In this document: in pieces, positions 29,477-38,649 of the stretch
Position numbering within the stretch: the stretch's first letter is position 1
Layout of the letters: the number at the start of each line of letters is the position of its first letter
From: Candidatus Latescibacterota bacterium
Lineage (GTDB): Bacteria > Latescibacterota > UBA2968
Assembly: GCA_965208125.1 (NCBI GenBank)
Contig: OZ242320.1
Span: forward strand, 3,968,001-4,032,000
Length of the DNA: 64,000 nucleotides
Reading direction: 5' to 3'
Translations under genes and position numbers: made by a program
The notes under the pieces: model-generated
Database searches by the model: none
Told to the model about the DNA's origin: nothing
Seen by the model: only the letters and a program-made list of their open reading frames with translations

Positions 29477-29513
29477 AAAAATGCCGCGAGAAGAAATCTT
29501 ACGGCATTTTTTT
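29477..29513. terminator. Terminator / hairpin family member
   Basis: AAAAATGCCGCGAG-AAGAAAT-CTTACGGCATTTTTTT. Confidence 0.7.
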
Positions 29514-29631
29514 GATTGTTTTTTTATAATTGTTTTTCTTGTTATTTGCCAAAAAATAACAGCAATTCTCATTTAATAATCATTTTTCCGGGATGCGCTA
29601 TGGCTAAACACCATCAAAATCAATCGCTATA

Positions 29632-30222
29632 ATGGAAGCTGTCCCACCCGTGATTCAAGCTGCTGCCATTGCCTATGGATTCGTCTTTCTACACCCTTTT
29701 GAGGATGGTAATGGTCGTATCCACCGCTTCTTGATCCACAATATTCTCGCTCGGCGAGGCTTTACACCCGAAAGCGTTATGTTTCCCATATCGGCAGTCA
29801 TGCTGAAGAATCCATCCGACTACGACGCTTCGCTGGATGCGTTCTCCCGACAACTCATGCCTCTGGTGGAATACACCCTGGAACAGGATGGACGCTTGAC
29901 TGTGCATAACGATACCGCGATATGGTACCGCTATATCGACCTGACTACCCAAGCAGAGGCTCTGTTTCGGTTTATCGACCAGACCATTGATACCGAACTC
30001 GCCGACGAACTGGCCTTCCTGGCCAACTACTATGCGACCAAACAAGCGATCCAAAATACGGTAGATATGCCCGATCGACAGATTGATCTTTTCATTCGCT
30101 TCTGTCTCCAAAACAACGGCCGCCTGTCCGCACGAAAACGCGCAAGCCACTTTGATTATCTGACAGATGAAGAAATCGATGCTATGGAACAGGCTGTGCA
30201 ATTCCCTGAGAGGTCTGCTTGA
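29632..30222 (+). pseudogene. Fic-family protein, C-terminal part only
   Basis: HPFEDGNGRIHR lies only about 20 aa after the start, so the N-terminal part of the Fic domain is missing. Confidence 0.75.
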
Positions 30223-30379
30223 CGATGATCAAGCAATATCGCGGACGATGCTTCAAAGAATCGCGGTCGCATTGAATCAAAGGGTCGAGATTAATTTCGT
30301 GTCAGTGGAAGGGCAACAAGAGGTCGTGTAAAAGTAGCGGGCTGAATAGCGGAATCTGTCCGTAGAAGCGGAATAATTC

Positions 30380-30575
30380 CAATTTTGGGCGGGTATAAAA
30401 CGCGGGTATAAAGAAATCTACCATCATATGAGTGCAAAACACCTCAACCGGTATGCGGCAGAATACGCCGGACGGCATAATATCAGGGCAGAGGGAGGAT
30501 ATAGAAAAGCAGATGAAATTACTGATTGAAAGTATGGAGGGCAATAAATTGAGATACGATGATTTGGTGACTTGA
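30380..30575 (+). mobile_element. IS1595-family transposase C-terminal remnant (frameshifted)
   Basis: FWAGIKRGYKEIYHHMSAKHLNRYAAEYAGRHNIR, frameshift, then QMKLLIESMEGNKLRYDDL*; not in the ORF track. Confidence 0.85.
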
Positions 30576-30649
30576 CAGAGCACACTATTTCGGTCATATT
30601 TTTTTGAGACTTTAGGTTTACAATAAACTTAAAACAGGGAGTTTTCATA

Positions 30650-30964
30650 ATGGCGCGACAACAAGATGCACAGTCCAAACATGATAAGGAAGTTTTGCGA
30701 TTGGCAGACATGTTTGTCGAATGTAAGTTTCACTCTGTTCGAGCGGATAAAATATTGGGTTATCATCAACCTCCGTTAATTGATGGTATGCGACCTGATA
30801 TTGAGGCTGGACGAGTTAATGCTGAACGTGAGTGGGAGATTGTCATTGTCGAGGTCGAGACTTACGATACAGTCGACTCCGCACACGCTCAAATCCAAAA
30901 GACAACATTCGAGAACTACGCAGCACAACATGAGAACGTTGAATTCAGATTGTATGTCGTATGA
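30650..30964 (+). CDS. Small protein with PD-(D/E)xK-like motif
   Basis: RPDIEA...IVEVET; GGAG RBS. Confidence 0.65.
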   Translation: MARQQDAQSKHDKEVLRLADMFVECKFHSVRADKILGYHQPPLIDGMRPDIEAGRVNAEREWEIVIVEVETYDTVDSAHAQIQKTTFENYAAQHENVEFRLYVV

Positions 30965-31242
30965 AAAATGAAGCCCGAAAGTTCGCACCTTCCGGGCTTC
31001 AAAATAAAATAAGGAGAACAAACATCAACAAAAATAATCTACAAAATTCTATGGGGTCGGACAACCCATTTTTCAAAGAATGGCGTAAAAGGTATAAGAC
31101 TCTCAAGAAAATAGAAAAGGATTGGTTGATGGGGTTGCATTCGACAAGTGCAATGGACAAAGCGGATCTGGATTATTTAGAGATTATTAACCGATCACCT
31201 GCTTCTGAAAATGTGGGATCATTTGGTTGTATTCATTTTTGA
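30961..31242 (+). CDS. Hypothetical protein
   Basis: ATGA overlap with the upstream gene. Confidence 0.45.
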   Translation: MKNEARKFAPSGLQNKIRRTNINKNNLQNSMGSDNPFFKEWRKRYKTLKKIEKDWLMGLHSTSAMDKADLDYLEIINRSPASENVGSFGCIHF

Positions 31243-31353
31243 CAGGTCAAATACCGCATTGGTGTGCATAGCATTGATACTATCGTAAGTGGTTGAGGTC
31301 ATTTGCATATCAGCCTTCATTTTGGCAAGACGGTTTTGAAATCCTTGCATTTC

Positions 31354-31413
31354 TGGAGTTACCCTGTTTTGGTGGAGTATTTAGGGCTTGGGTATCAACC
31401 CTGTGTTTGATGC
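31354..31413 (+). repeat. Left 60-bp terminal inverted repeat (TG end, IS3-like)
   Basis: 55/60 identical to the reverse complement of 37561-37620. Confidence 0.9.
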
Positions 31414-31625
31414 AGCTTTCATAAGCTATACGCCTTTTTTATAATGGTATATCTTTTCCGTAGAACTGCACTTCGGGCAAAATTCGCCCTTTTCCAGCGC
31501 ACAGATCCAAGATACGACAGACACCCCTCTGGCGTTGCAAACTGGTGCGAAAAGGCAATTAAGCCGTCCATGACGCGCGCTCCTGTACTTTTGCTTGTCT
31601 TTTGGCTTAACTCACATTCCTTTAG

Positions 31626-31664
31626 AGGGCTTGCGTTGTGAAAGAACGCAAGCCCTACTTTTTT
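31626..31664 (+). terminator. Rho-independent terminator
   Basis: AGGGCTTGCGTT-GTGAAAG-AACGCAAGCCCT-ACTTTTTT. Confidence 0.7.
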
Positions 31665-31773
31665 ATCCCCATAAAAAATAAGGGTTTATGGGTATCAATA
31701 AAGATAACTCCATAAGCCCTTTAAATCAAGCGTTTTTACTGCCTATTTGGGCAGTATTTGGGCAAAATTTGGA

Positions 31774-31802
31774 TTGACAAAGTTGCCGACATGGGTTATT
31801 AT
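31774..31802 (+). promoter_or_regulatory. Near-consensus sigma70 promoter
   Basis: TTGACA-17nt-TATTAT. Confidence 0.75.
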
Positions 31803-31831
31803 TCTTTGCTCAATCTTTAAGGAGGAAACGA

Positions 31832-32008
31832 ATGAGCGACAAAACAGACATTAGAGATTTAAATATTGACATTCTGAGACGATCAGGGTTTAACTCAAAA
31901 CAGATACGTGGCATATTAGCGATAATTCGGGATCCTAATCTTGCAAGTGAATACGCACATAAACTGCAAAGAGTAGAACCCACATGCGAAGAAGATATTT
32001 CGAGTTAA
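31832..32008 (+). CDS. 58-aa small protein, below the ORF-track cutoff
   Basis: AAGGAGG RBS just after the promoter; MSDKTDIRDLNIDILRRSGFNSKQIRGILAIIRDPNLASEYAHKLQRVEPTCEEDISS. Confidence 0.7.
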   Translation: MSDKTDIRDLNIDILRRSGFNSKQIRGILAIIRDPNLASEYAHKLQRVEPTCEEDISS

Positions 32009-32032
32009 ATTTTCTGAAAAACAAAGAAGGCC

Positions 32033-32356
32033 GTGCAGGGACTAAACCACACGGCCAAAGATGTCTTATTTCACCCGGAAGGGAAAAAAGACATGCCGGC
32101 CATAAGACAAAAGCCTGTTTCTGTCAACCAAAATGAGGACTTTATCGTAGATATTTTTGGCGAATACGGTTACTTAATCGTATGGGTTCGTGGTTCAAAA
32201 AAGCCTATATATTTTTGGGTTTTTTGGGACTCGAATGGCGAGATCAGGCTTATTTCCAGCCAACCAGATGCAAAAGGTATATTGGTGGGCGAAATGTGTC
32301 GCCACAAGCGAGACGAATCAAGAATAAGTGCAGACTTATTGCCGTCTTGGGCGTAG
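32033..32356 (+). CDS. Hypothetical protein
   Basis: Co-directional ORF in the small-gene operon. Confidence 0.5.
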   Translation: MQGLNHTAKDVLFHPEGKKDMPAIRQKPVSVNQNEDFIVDIFGEYGYLIVWVRGSKKPIYFWVFWDSNGEIRLISSQPDAKGILVGEMCRHKRDESRISADLLPSWA

Positions 32357-32388
32357 TGGGGAAATGTACACAGAAACAGTAAGATTCC

Positions 32389-32586
32389 TTGGGCAGAAAC
32401 ACTTCGATACAGGAGAGGGGTACAGTGATAAAATTTGACTATTGGGTTGCAGAGGCAAGAACCATAAGTACTTTTCAGATAGAATTAGATCAATACGGAC
32501 AAGAAGGTTATCGCGTAATTCATGTCGGTTACAATCCTGACCGTGAACGATACTTTGCCGTAATGGAAAGAGAGGTCGAAGATTAA
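32389..32586 (+). CDS. Small hypothetical protein (DUF4177-like)
   Basis: ELDQYGQEGYRVIHV...AVMER pattern; start may be a GTG a few codons downstream. Confidence 0.55.
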   Translation: MGRNTSIQERGTVIKFDYWVAEARTISTFQIELDQYGQEGYRVIHVGYNPDRERYFAVMEREVED

Positions 32587-32592
32587 AAAACG

Positions 32593-33054
32593 ATGGATGA
32601 TAAAACTGAAATTAAACTCCGGCTTTTAGAATGGATACTTGATCAACACTCGACAACCGTATTTGACCTAAAAAAAGCGATTTTATTTACTTCTTTACCT
32701 ATGCTGGGGGTTGCAGTCGCATTTTTACATTCAAAAAGTCCCGAAACACCTATCAATTCTTTGGGTGTTTTTTATTCGTCTGGAATATGTTTAATAGGCT
32801 CCGTATTTAGTACAATTATATCATATTGGTTTTTATACTTTTCAATTGCTTTTCAGTATGACAGGATCGACGAAATTGACGACGAAGAGGACAATGACGG
32901 AGAGGATGAACATGGCTTGACTAAAGAAGACAGAAAAAAAATAAGAGGTTTTCTTTCTACAATCGTTTTTATTTTATACGCACTATCCACTCTACTTTAT
33001 TTATCTGGCGTGATACTGCTCTCTATATTTTTTTACAAAAATGCGCCGTCCTAA
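32593..33054 (+). CDS. Three-TM membrane protein with acidic loop
   Basis: Three hydrophobic segments; DEIDDEEDNDGEDE loop. Confidence 0.7.
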   Translation: MDDKTEIKLRLLEWILDQHSTTVFDLKKAILFTSLPMLGVAVAFLHSKSPETPINSLGVFYSSGICLIGSVFSTIISYWFLYFSIAFQYDRIDEIDDEEDNDGEDEHGLTKEDRKKIRGFLSTIVFILYALSTLLYLSGVILLSIFFYKNAPS

Positions 33055-33184
33055 TTAGCCCCTTTACCCCCAAAACCCTACAGTCTAAGTGATTGTGGGG
33101 CTTTGCTTTATGCAAAGTTAGGGGGTTAAAGTAGGTAATTCCCCAAAATCAGAGCAGGGCAAAAATTATGCCAACTTTTCTAAA

Positions 33185-33303
33185 TGGACTTGCTCCGTTT
33201 TGGTGGATAATATCCTAAATCGCCCATCACTTATGAAAAACTAAATGGCACAGGATGATTGGGGTGAACCTTCTACACTATACACTCAAACGGAGTAAGT
33301 CCA
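33185..33303. mobile_element. 119-bp MITE-like element
   Basis: TGGACTTGCTCCGTTTTGGTG ... CACTCAAACGGAGTAAGTCCA inverted ends with TG...CA termini, related to the 31354/37620 ends. Confidence 0.65.
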
Positions 33304-33350
33304 AACATCATCCTTCGTTGCTTTAGGCGCATAGAATTCGGCAATAGCAT

Positions 33351-33369
33351 CCAAAACGAGGTAACTCCA
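33351..33369 (-). repeat. Additional internal end sequence
   Basis: Reverse complement TGGAGTTACCTCGTTTTGG is 17/19 identical to the start of the 60-bp repeat. Confidence 0.7.
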
Positions 33370-33381
33370 CCTTTCTCAAGA

Positions 33382-34218
33382 CTATCGCCCAAAAATCCTA
33401 GCATACTCTTCTTTGGTATATAAGTTTCTAAATACGTTGTAAAAAAACGACATCAGCTTGGAGATTTCTGGCTCGCATACCGCTTTCTCCTTATGCCAGC
33501 ATTGTTTGTTCAGCAGGATAAAATTGTAGGCGTCGTTGGGTGGCGGCAGTATATGACTGCCGAAGGGTCCGCTACCACTAAATTGTATAAAATCTTCATC
33601 CACACTCTTTTCAAAACCATAGCAGTTGAAAATTTTTTCTAATGCCTTACTTTCCGAATGCTGAAAGATATACAGTGCCAAAATTCCAGTTTCAAAACTG
33701 GATAGACAAGCTCGAATGTCCTCAAACATCCGAGTTTTTTCAAACCTCATGAATACTTTGGATTTCTCAATGTAAAACATTATTTGAACGATGCCTTCGT
33801 AGATAACCTTTAACTCATCGTAATATGTGAAAAATCTTTTAGATAATGTCTTCAACATATACGGATCAAGGTCGTTGTCGCTAAAGCTTGTTCGTATTTG
33901 TAATACCAAATATGCAAATTTATTAAAGTAATACCCAATGGCGCGGTCTCCACAAAAATTCTCTAATTTAATATCTTTCTCAGCAGAGTTGTTAGGCAAC
34001 TTTTTAGACTTTATGCGATCATCAAGCCGAAGGTTGGATATGCGCGTATTATATGTTGCAATCCGGTCTGCGATATCCTTTCTAAAGTTCTGCCTCATTG
34101 TCTGGAAAAACACAAATACCATAATACCAAAAACTAAAATTTGTATCAGGGAAGAAAAGATCTGTACACACAACACTAGAATTTGATTCAACGGGCTGCC
34201 GCTCAGTAGGGTTGCCAT
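33382..34218 (-). CDS. Putative phage abortive infection protein (putAbiC-like)
   Basis: AAGGAG RBS at ATG 34218; N-terminal TM helix; IRACLSSFETGILALY resembles the LRAQLSxxE motif; AT-rich. Confidence 0.6.
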   Translation of the reverse strand: MATLLSGSPLNQILVLCVQIFSSLIQILVFGIMVFVFFQTMRQNFRKDIADRIATYNTRISNLRLDDRIKSKKLPNNSAEKDIKLENFCGDRAIGYYFNKFAYLVLQIRTSFSDNDLDPYMLKTLSKRFFTYYDELKVIYEGIVQIMFYIEKSKVFMRFEKTRMFEDIRACLSSFETGILALYIFQHSESKALEKIFNCYGFEKSVDEDFIQFSGSGPFGSHILPPPNDAYNFILLNKQCWHKEKAVCEPEISKLMSFFYNVFRNLYTKEEYARIFGR

Positions 34219-34397
34219 GATTGGCTCCTTTCTGGTGATGCAGGCTTGACAAGTGGCTTTGATGGAAAGTTTAGAACTGTCCATTTACAGCAAAAACTTA
34301 CGGCCTTTGAAAAATGAAATTGCCCGATTGATGCACTCACTTGAACTTTTTACCGTGTGGAACCTCTTTCCCCTCGACACCTATATTTAACCTATAT

Positions 34398-37304
34398 TTA
34401 AACGTCAATCCGCGTCGATTTACCGCCATGAACGCTCGGCTCGGCGCACCATTGGTCGCGCAAAATGGAGAGAGGGCTAAGGGCTACTTCGGGCAGGCGC
34501 AATAGATCCACCAAGACCGCACGGTCAAGAGCCTTCCGAGTGTCATCCCGATACGCCTCGTTGGCTGGCAAGAACGTTTTTCCCTTGAATGCTTCAAAGA
34601 TTGCCTCGGCTTGAGCGATCTGTTCCTTGTTGAGATGGCGTGGGTCCAACACCGTCAGACGAGGTAGCTGAGTGATTGTGAGAATTGCACGGCCCTGTTG
34701 CTGTCGGGATCCGATCCACCAGAAGGCGAGGAGGCCCAATGTTGTATTGGACCACAAGACCAGGGGCAAGGTCCACTCGTCTTGTGTTGGGATAAAGTTA
34801 GGCCATGCTCGACCACCAATTGTTTTGGCTGGCGTGAGGCAGGTAGTGAGGCTTTGCGAGTTGATCCGAAAATCGAGGTTGAAATGCAGCCGCGAGGCGG
34901 TTGAGTTCCACACCTCAATAGCACGGGAGTCGCATCCGGAGCGCACCTCGCCTTCGCTATCGGGTGGGACGACGAGGCCCCGTTCTTGTTGCGCGTTGTG
35001 GCTCCACAACATCGGATACTGCGGCACGCCCTGAATGGCGTTTTTTTTGAACGGTCCCCGCGGCACTCCCTTGCTAATTCCTCCGATAATATCGAGATGG
35101 TATAACCCCTCCTTACCAAGACCCCTGAGTTGAGTTGTAGAAAGCGTTGTGGAGTACCCTTGAGGAAGTTGAAGTGTTCCGGTGGCCAACCCAATGGCGG
35201 TGGAAGCGAGCGTGGTTTCGCGGAGGGACGTGCAACCGCCTTGGCTCAAAGGTGCCCGAATGTACGTGCCAATAGTCTCATGGTCGCCTACACAAATCCG
35301 CCCTTGTCGGGCTTGAGGCGATAGGCGATCTACCGCTCGCGCTACCTCAAAGGCTTCCGCGAGGGTGTGTGGCCGGTGGTAGAGATTAACAAACAGCGTT
35401 TTCCCGGATCCCTGTTGTCCGCCGCGGCACTTATTGGCCACCACAAGGACCTCGGCCATGCCCGTATCGGCTGAAAAGGCCCGATCTGTCTGGCCGTACG
35501 CCGCAATGCTCAGCACGGTCAAGTCTTTGTATTCGCTTTCCAGCAAGCGACGGGAGTTCTCCCATGAACTACCGCTCACAAATGCTGCTGGCAACACCAG
35601 CGCGAGAACGCCACCGGGCCTGATCTTGACATGGGCGAGGTCAATGAAGTTGGAGGCCAGCCCGGCGTTTCCGTGACCAGCTAAGTATCCTTTCTTTTTT
35701 ATTTTAGCGCATATTTCCTTTAACCGACTACTCATTTGTCGCTGTTCATCTTCACTTGTGCCTAATCCGGCAAACGATGGCACAGGCACTCCTTTGGCCG
35801 TTTCGTGATTGGTTGGTCTTGTAAAGGGGGGATTCATAATTACCAGATCGGCCGTTTCAGGGAGGAGGATCATGTCCTGGCTTCCCTCGGCTTCCACATC
35901 TGCACCCTTACCTCGCGCTACACGGATGCCAGTCCCAAACAGCGATGGTGCGGTGTCATCCTCAATGAGGTCGAGAGCACCCAGGGCCATGGCGTGTCGC
36001 TTTTCCTGGCTCTGCTGTCCATAGGGCAAAGTGTGGACACGAGTGTTGCCAAAGGTTGTGCCCGGATGGGTGCTCGACAGCATGGATGCGGTTAGATGCG
36101 TTGCTGCTGGCATGATGTCGGCTGCGATGAGGACGTGTTCCATCATCTTAGTGTGTAGTACCTGATCGTCACCGCCAGTTCGCCGATGACGCGAGGCCAG
36201 GGCACGATACGCCGCCGAGAGCAGAATACCGGTTCCACAGGCAAGGTCAGCGACCTGGAGACGGGTGAGGGCATCGGGGTTGGACCAATCCGTTACCTCG
36301 TCAAGGCGTGACACGGCCAACTCACCGAGTAGAGCAGCAGATGTCGGTAGTGTGTAGAACGTGGCAAGGAATTTTCGGTCAGCAATAAGCCTTTGGAACA
36401 TGCGTCCAGAGAGGTCGTGCAAGGTAGTAGCTCCTAAGCCAGCTAAATCACTGGCTGCCTGAGCGAGACGATTGAGAACTGCATGCGCGGTGCTGTCGGC
36501 GATAGGCAGGAGCAGGTCGGAGGCAATGCGGAAGATGGGATAGTAATTGATGTTGTCGAGGATATGCTGCCAACAGGCGAGCAAGCGGCTTTTGCTGACA
36601 TCGTTGCGGCCAGGAATACGCAATTCGTCAATGGTTTCGATACCGTGCGCGTCAACAATAGCGGTGTGGAAGACGAGGGCGTTGGCAACAATGGCCATGG
36701 CCATACGTGAAGTTTGCTCGCCATCTTCTTGATGGAGGGACTGCGCCATTCTCTCCAGCGCATGGATGCTGGCTGTTTCGCGTAGTTTGCCTGCGGCTTC
36801 GCCTATGCTCTGTTCCAGAATTTGTGTTCCCTCAGCAAGCAGTCGTTCGGACAGCGAGACGTTTTCAATGAAGGCAGCAAGGTCGTCAATAGAGCCAACG
36901 AGCCAACCCCCAGACGGCCAGCGCACAACGGTATCCTTTTCTTGCAGCGAAAAGGTACAGTAACGGAACTCGGCGGCTTCGATTTGCTGCTCCAGGTCTT
37001 CCTGTGGCGCACGGCTCAGTTCCTGCGGGACCTGGACAGCTATAGTCTGCTCTATCAAGTCGCCATTGTACTGTAAGAATTTCCCCAAACGAGCCTTAGC
37101 GTCTGCTTCGACGCTACGCGCTGGCATAAACTCTGTCTCGATAATGACTGGTACACCGCTTGGAGGACGAATGACAATATCCGGTTGCAGGGCGGTCTCG
37201 CGGAGGACATCTCGTTGCTCCACACCGACATGATCGCGCCAGCGCTTAGTCTGTAGTACATCTAATAGCCGGACATTGAAGGCGATTTCGTTGGTTTTGG
37301 GCAT
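34398..37304 (-). CDS. Type IIG-like fused restriction endonuclease / N6-adenine methyltransferase
   Basis: N-terminal PDIV...IETE nuclease-like motif; FYT; DLACGTG (motif I); MNPPF (motif IV); C-terminal TRD-like region. Confidence 0.85.
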   Translation of the reverse strand: MPKTNEIAFNVRLLDVLQTKRWRDHVGVEQRDVLRETALQPDIVIRPPSGVPVIIETEFMPARSVEADAKARLGKFLQYNGDLIEQTIAVQVPQELSRAPQEDLEQQIEAAEFRYCTFSLQEKDTVVRWPSGGWLVGSIDDLAAFIENVSLSERLLAEGTQILEQSIGEAAGKLRETASIHALERMAQSLHQEDGEQTSRMAMAIVANALVFHTAIVDAHGIETIDELRIPGRNDVSKSRLLACWQHILDNINYYPIFRIASDLLLPIADSTAHAVLNRLAQAASDLAGLGATTLHDLSGRMFQRLIADRKFLATFYTLPTSAALLGELAVSRLDEVTDWSNPDALTRLQVADLACGTGILLSAAYRALASRHRRTGGDDQVLHTKMMEHVLIAADIMPAATHLTASMLSSTHPGTTFGNTRVHTLPYGQQSQEKRHAMALGALDLIEDDTAPSLFGTGIRVARGKGADVEAEGSQDMILLPETADLVIMNPPFTRPTNHETAKGVPVPSFAGLGTSEDEQRQMSSRLKEICAKIKKKGYLAGHGNAGLASNFIDLAHVKIRPGGVLALVLPAAFVSGSSWENSRRLLESEYKDLTVLSIAAYGQTDRAFSADTGMAEVLVVANKCRGGQQGSGKTLFVNLYHRPHTLAEAFEVARAVDRLSPQARQGRICVGDHETIGTYIRAPLSQGGCTSLRETTLASTAIGLATGTLQLPQGYSTTLSTTQLRGLGKEGLYHLDIIGGISKGVPRGPFKKNAIQGVPQYPMLWSHNAQQERGLVVPPDSEGEVRSGCDSRAIEVWNSTASRLHFNLDFRINSQSLTTCLTPAKTIGGRAWPNFIPTQDEWTLPLVLWSNTTLGLLAFWWIGSRQQQGRAILTITQLPRLTVLDPRHLNKEQIAQAEAIFEAFKGKTFLPANEAYRDDTRKALDRAVLVDLLRLPEVALSPLSILRDQWCAEPSVHGGKSTRIDV

Positions 37305-37560
37305 CTCTTTCCTTTTTTCATTGCAAAGTCTGTTCCGTTGAAGGTGTTGTGGTTATTGGGCACTGAAAATTACACTCATTTTTCTTGTCTGTCTATTATT
37401 TTTAATATACTTTGAGACTGGGCATCTGAGGGTGCTGATAAGGCGTGAACAGGCCGAGGCAAGAGCTAAAAATTGTTTCTTTTAATAGCGTGGAGCAATA
37501 ATGGCGAACATAGCCGATGGCCTATGAAGCATGTGCCGTAATGATTCTATACGGCAAGTA

Positions 37561-37620
37561 GCATCAATCACAGGTTTGAAATCCAAGCCCTAAATATTCC
37601 ACCAAAACAGGGTAACTCCA
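37561..37620 (-). repeat. Right 60-bp terminal inverted repeat
   Basis: Pairs with 31354-31413. Confidence 0.9.
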
Positions 37621-37734
37621 TAATCCTAAAAGTTGTCTTCAAAATTATTGCATTGAGCAGACATTCTCAGTCTTAAAACTTTTTCCGGAGAGTGCTTGTA
37701 ATATAACGGATGTTGGCTTTAGAGGAACGTCACT

Positions 37735-38457
37735 ATGAGCAAGCCGATATACGAAATAGTCCCTGACCCTGATGTGCTGATGGCCCTAGATCCCGAAGAG
37801 ATAGGAGGAGTAGTTCTTGAATTTTTGAACTCTCTTGATGCGTCCGAAAGCGGTATGATGAACCGTTACAACTTCAGCCTTCTCCACACTGTCGAAGGAT
37901 ATCCTTCAGAGTTCAGGGAAAAGGCGAGTGAGATACTTGCCGAAGGGTGGGCGTGGCTAGAAAGGGAAGGCTTGATCGTACCACAGCCAGGGACTCAAGG
38001 GGAATGGGTCATCATTACGCGGCGGGGTAAGCAACTGCGAACAAGAGATGATTTCGAGTCATTCAGACGATCTGATATCCTCCCACGGCATCTACTTCAC
38101 CCAACTATTGCTGCATCAGTATGGAATCCCTTCATCCGTGGTGAATACGATACATCAGTGTTTAATGCCTTCAAGCAGGTCGAGATAGCGATTCGAGAGG
38201 CTGGTAATTACACTGACCAAGACTATGGCACTGACTTGGCAAGGAAAGCGTTCAATATAGATCATGGCCCCCTCGCCGATAGTGCTCGACTTCCCGCCGA
38301 ACGGCAGGCCTTATCCGACCTTTTCGCTGGAGCGATTGGACTGTATAAGAATCCACATAGTCACAGAAATGTCCCTCTTACACAAGAAGAAGCGGTAGAA
38401 ATGATAATTCTAGCGAGTCATCTCTTGAACGTCGTGGATATACGATCTTCGCTATAG
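37735..38457 (+). CDS. TIGR02391-family protein
   Basis: LHPTI...GEYDTSVFNAFKQVE...GTDL...LFAGAIGLYKNPHSH; N-terminal EGWAWLEREGL. Confidence 0.88.
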   Translation: MSKPIYEIVPDPDVLMALDPEEIGGVVLEFLNSLDASESGMMNRYNFSLLHTVEGYPSEFREKASEILAEGWAWLEREGLIVPQPGTQGEWVIITRRGKQLRTRDDFESFRRSDILPRHLLHPTIAASVWNPFIRGEYDTSVFNAFKQVEIAIREAGNYTDQDYGTDLARKAFNIDHGPLADSARLPAERQALSDLFAGAIGLYKNPHSHRNVPLTQEEAVEMIILASHLLNVVDIRSSL

Positions 38458-38584
38458 GAATAAAGTCTCAGCGTATCATACGTCCACTTACCCTGTGCCT
38501 CAAGTATTGTATCACGAAAAGGGATGGACTTGCCCCACTGCGGTCGGGACCGTTTCTATACAAATTGAACGCATATAGTTGAAT

Positions 38585-38602
38585 GCACGTCAAGATGTTG
38601 TG
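38585..38602 (+). repeat. 18-bp exact direct repeat, copy 1
   Basis: GCACGTCAAGATGTTGTG, also at 40221-40238. Confidence 0.8.
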
Positions 38603-38649
38603 TTACCGCGGCCAACGGCATCCGCAAAATGTTGTGGTCTGCGGTGATC

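Noticed and set aside
31354-38545. End sequences as integron attC or dif sites
   Set aside because: No RYYYAAC...GTTRRRY hairpin architecture, no XerC/D consensus, no integron integrase
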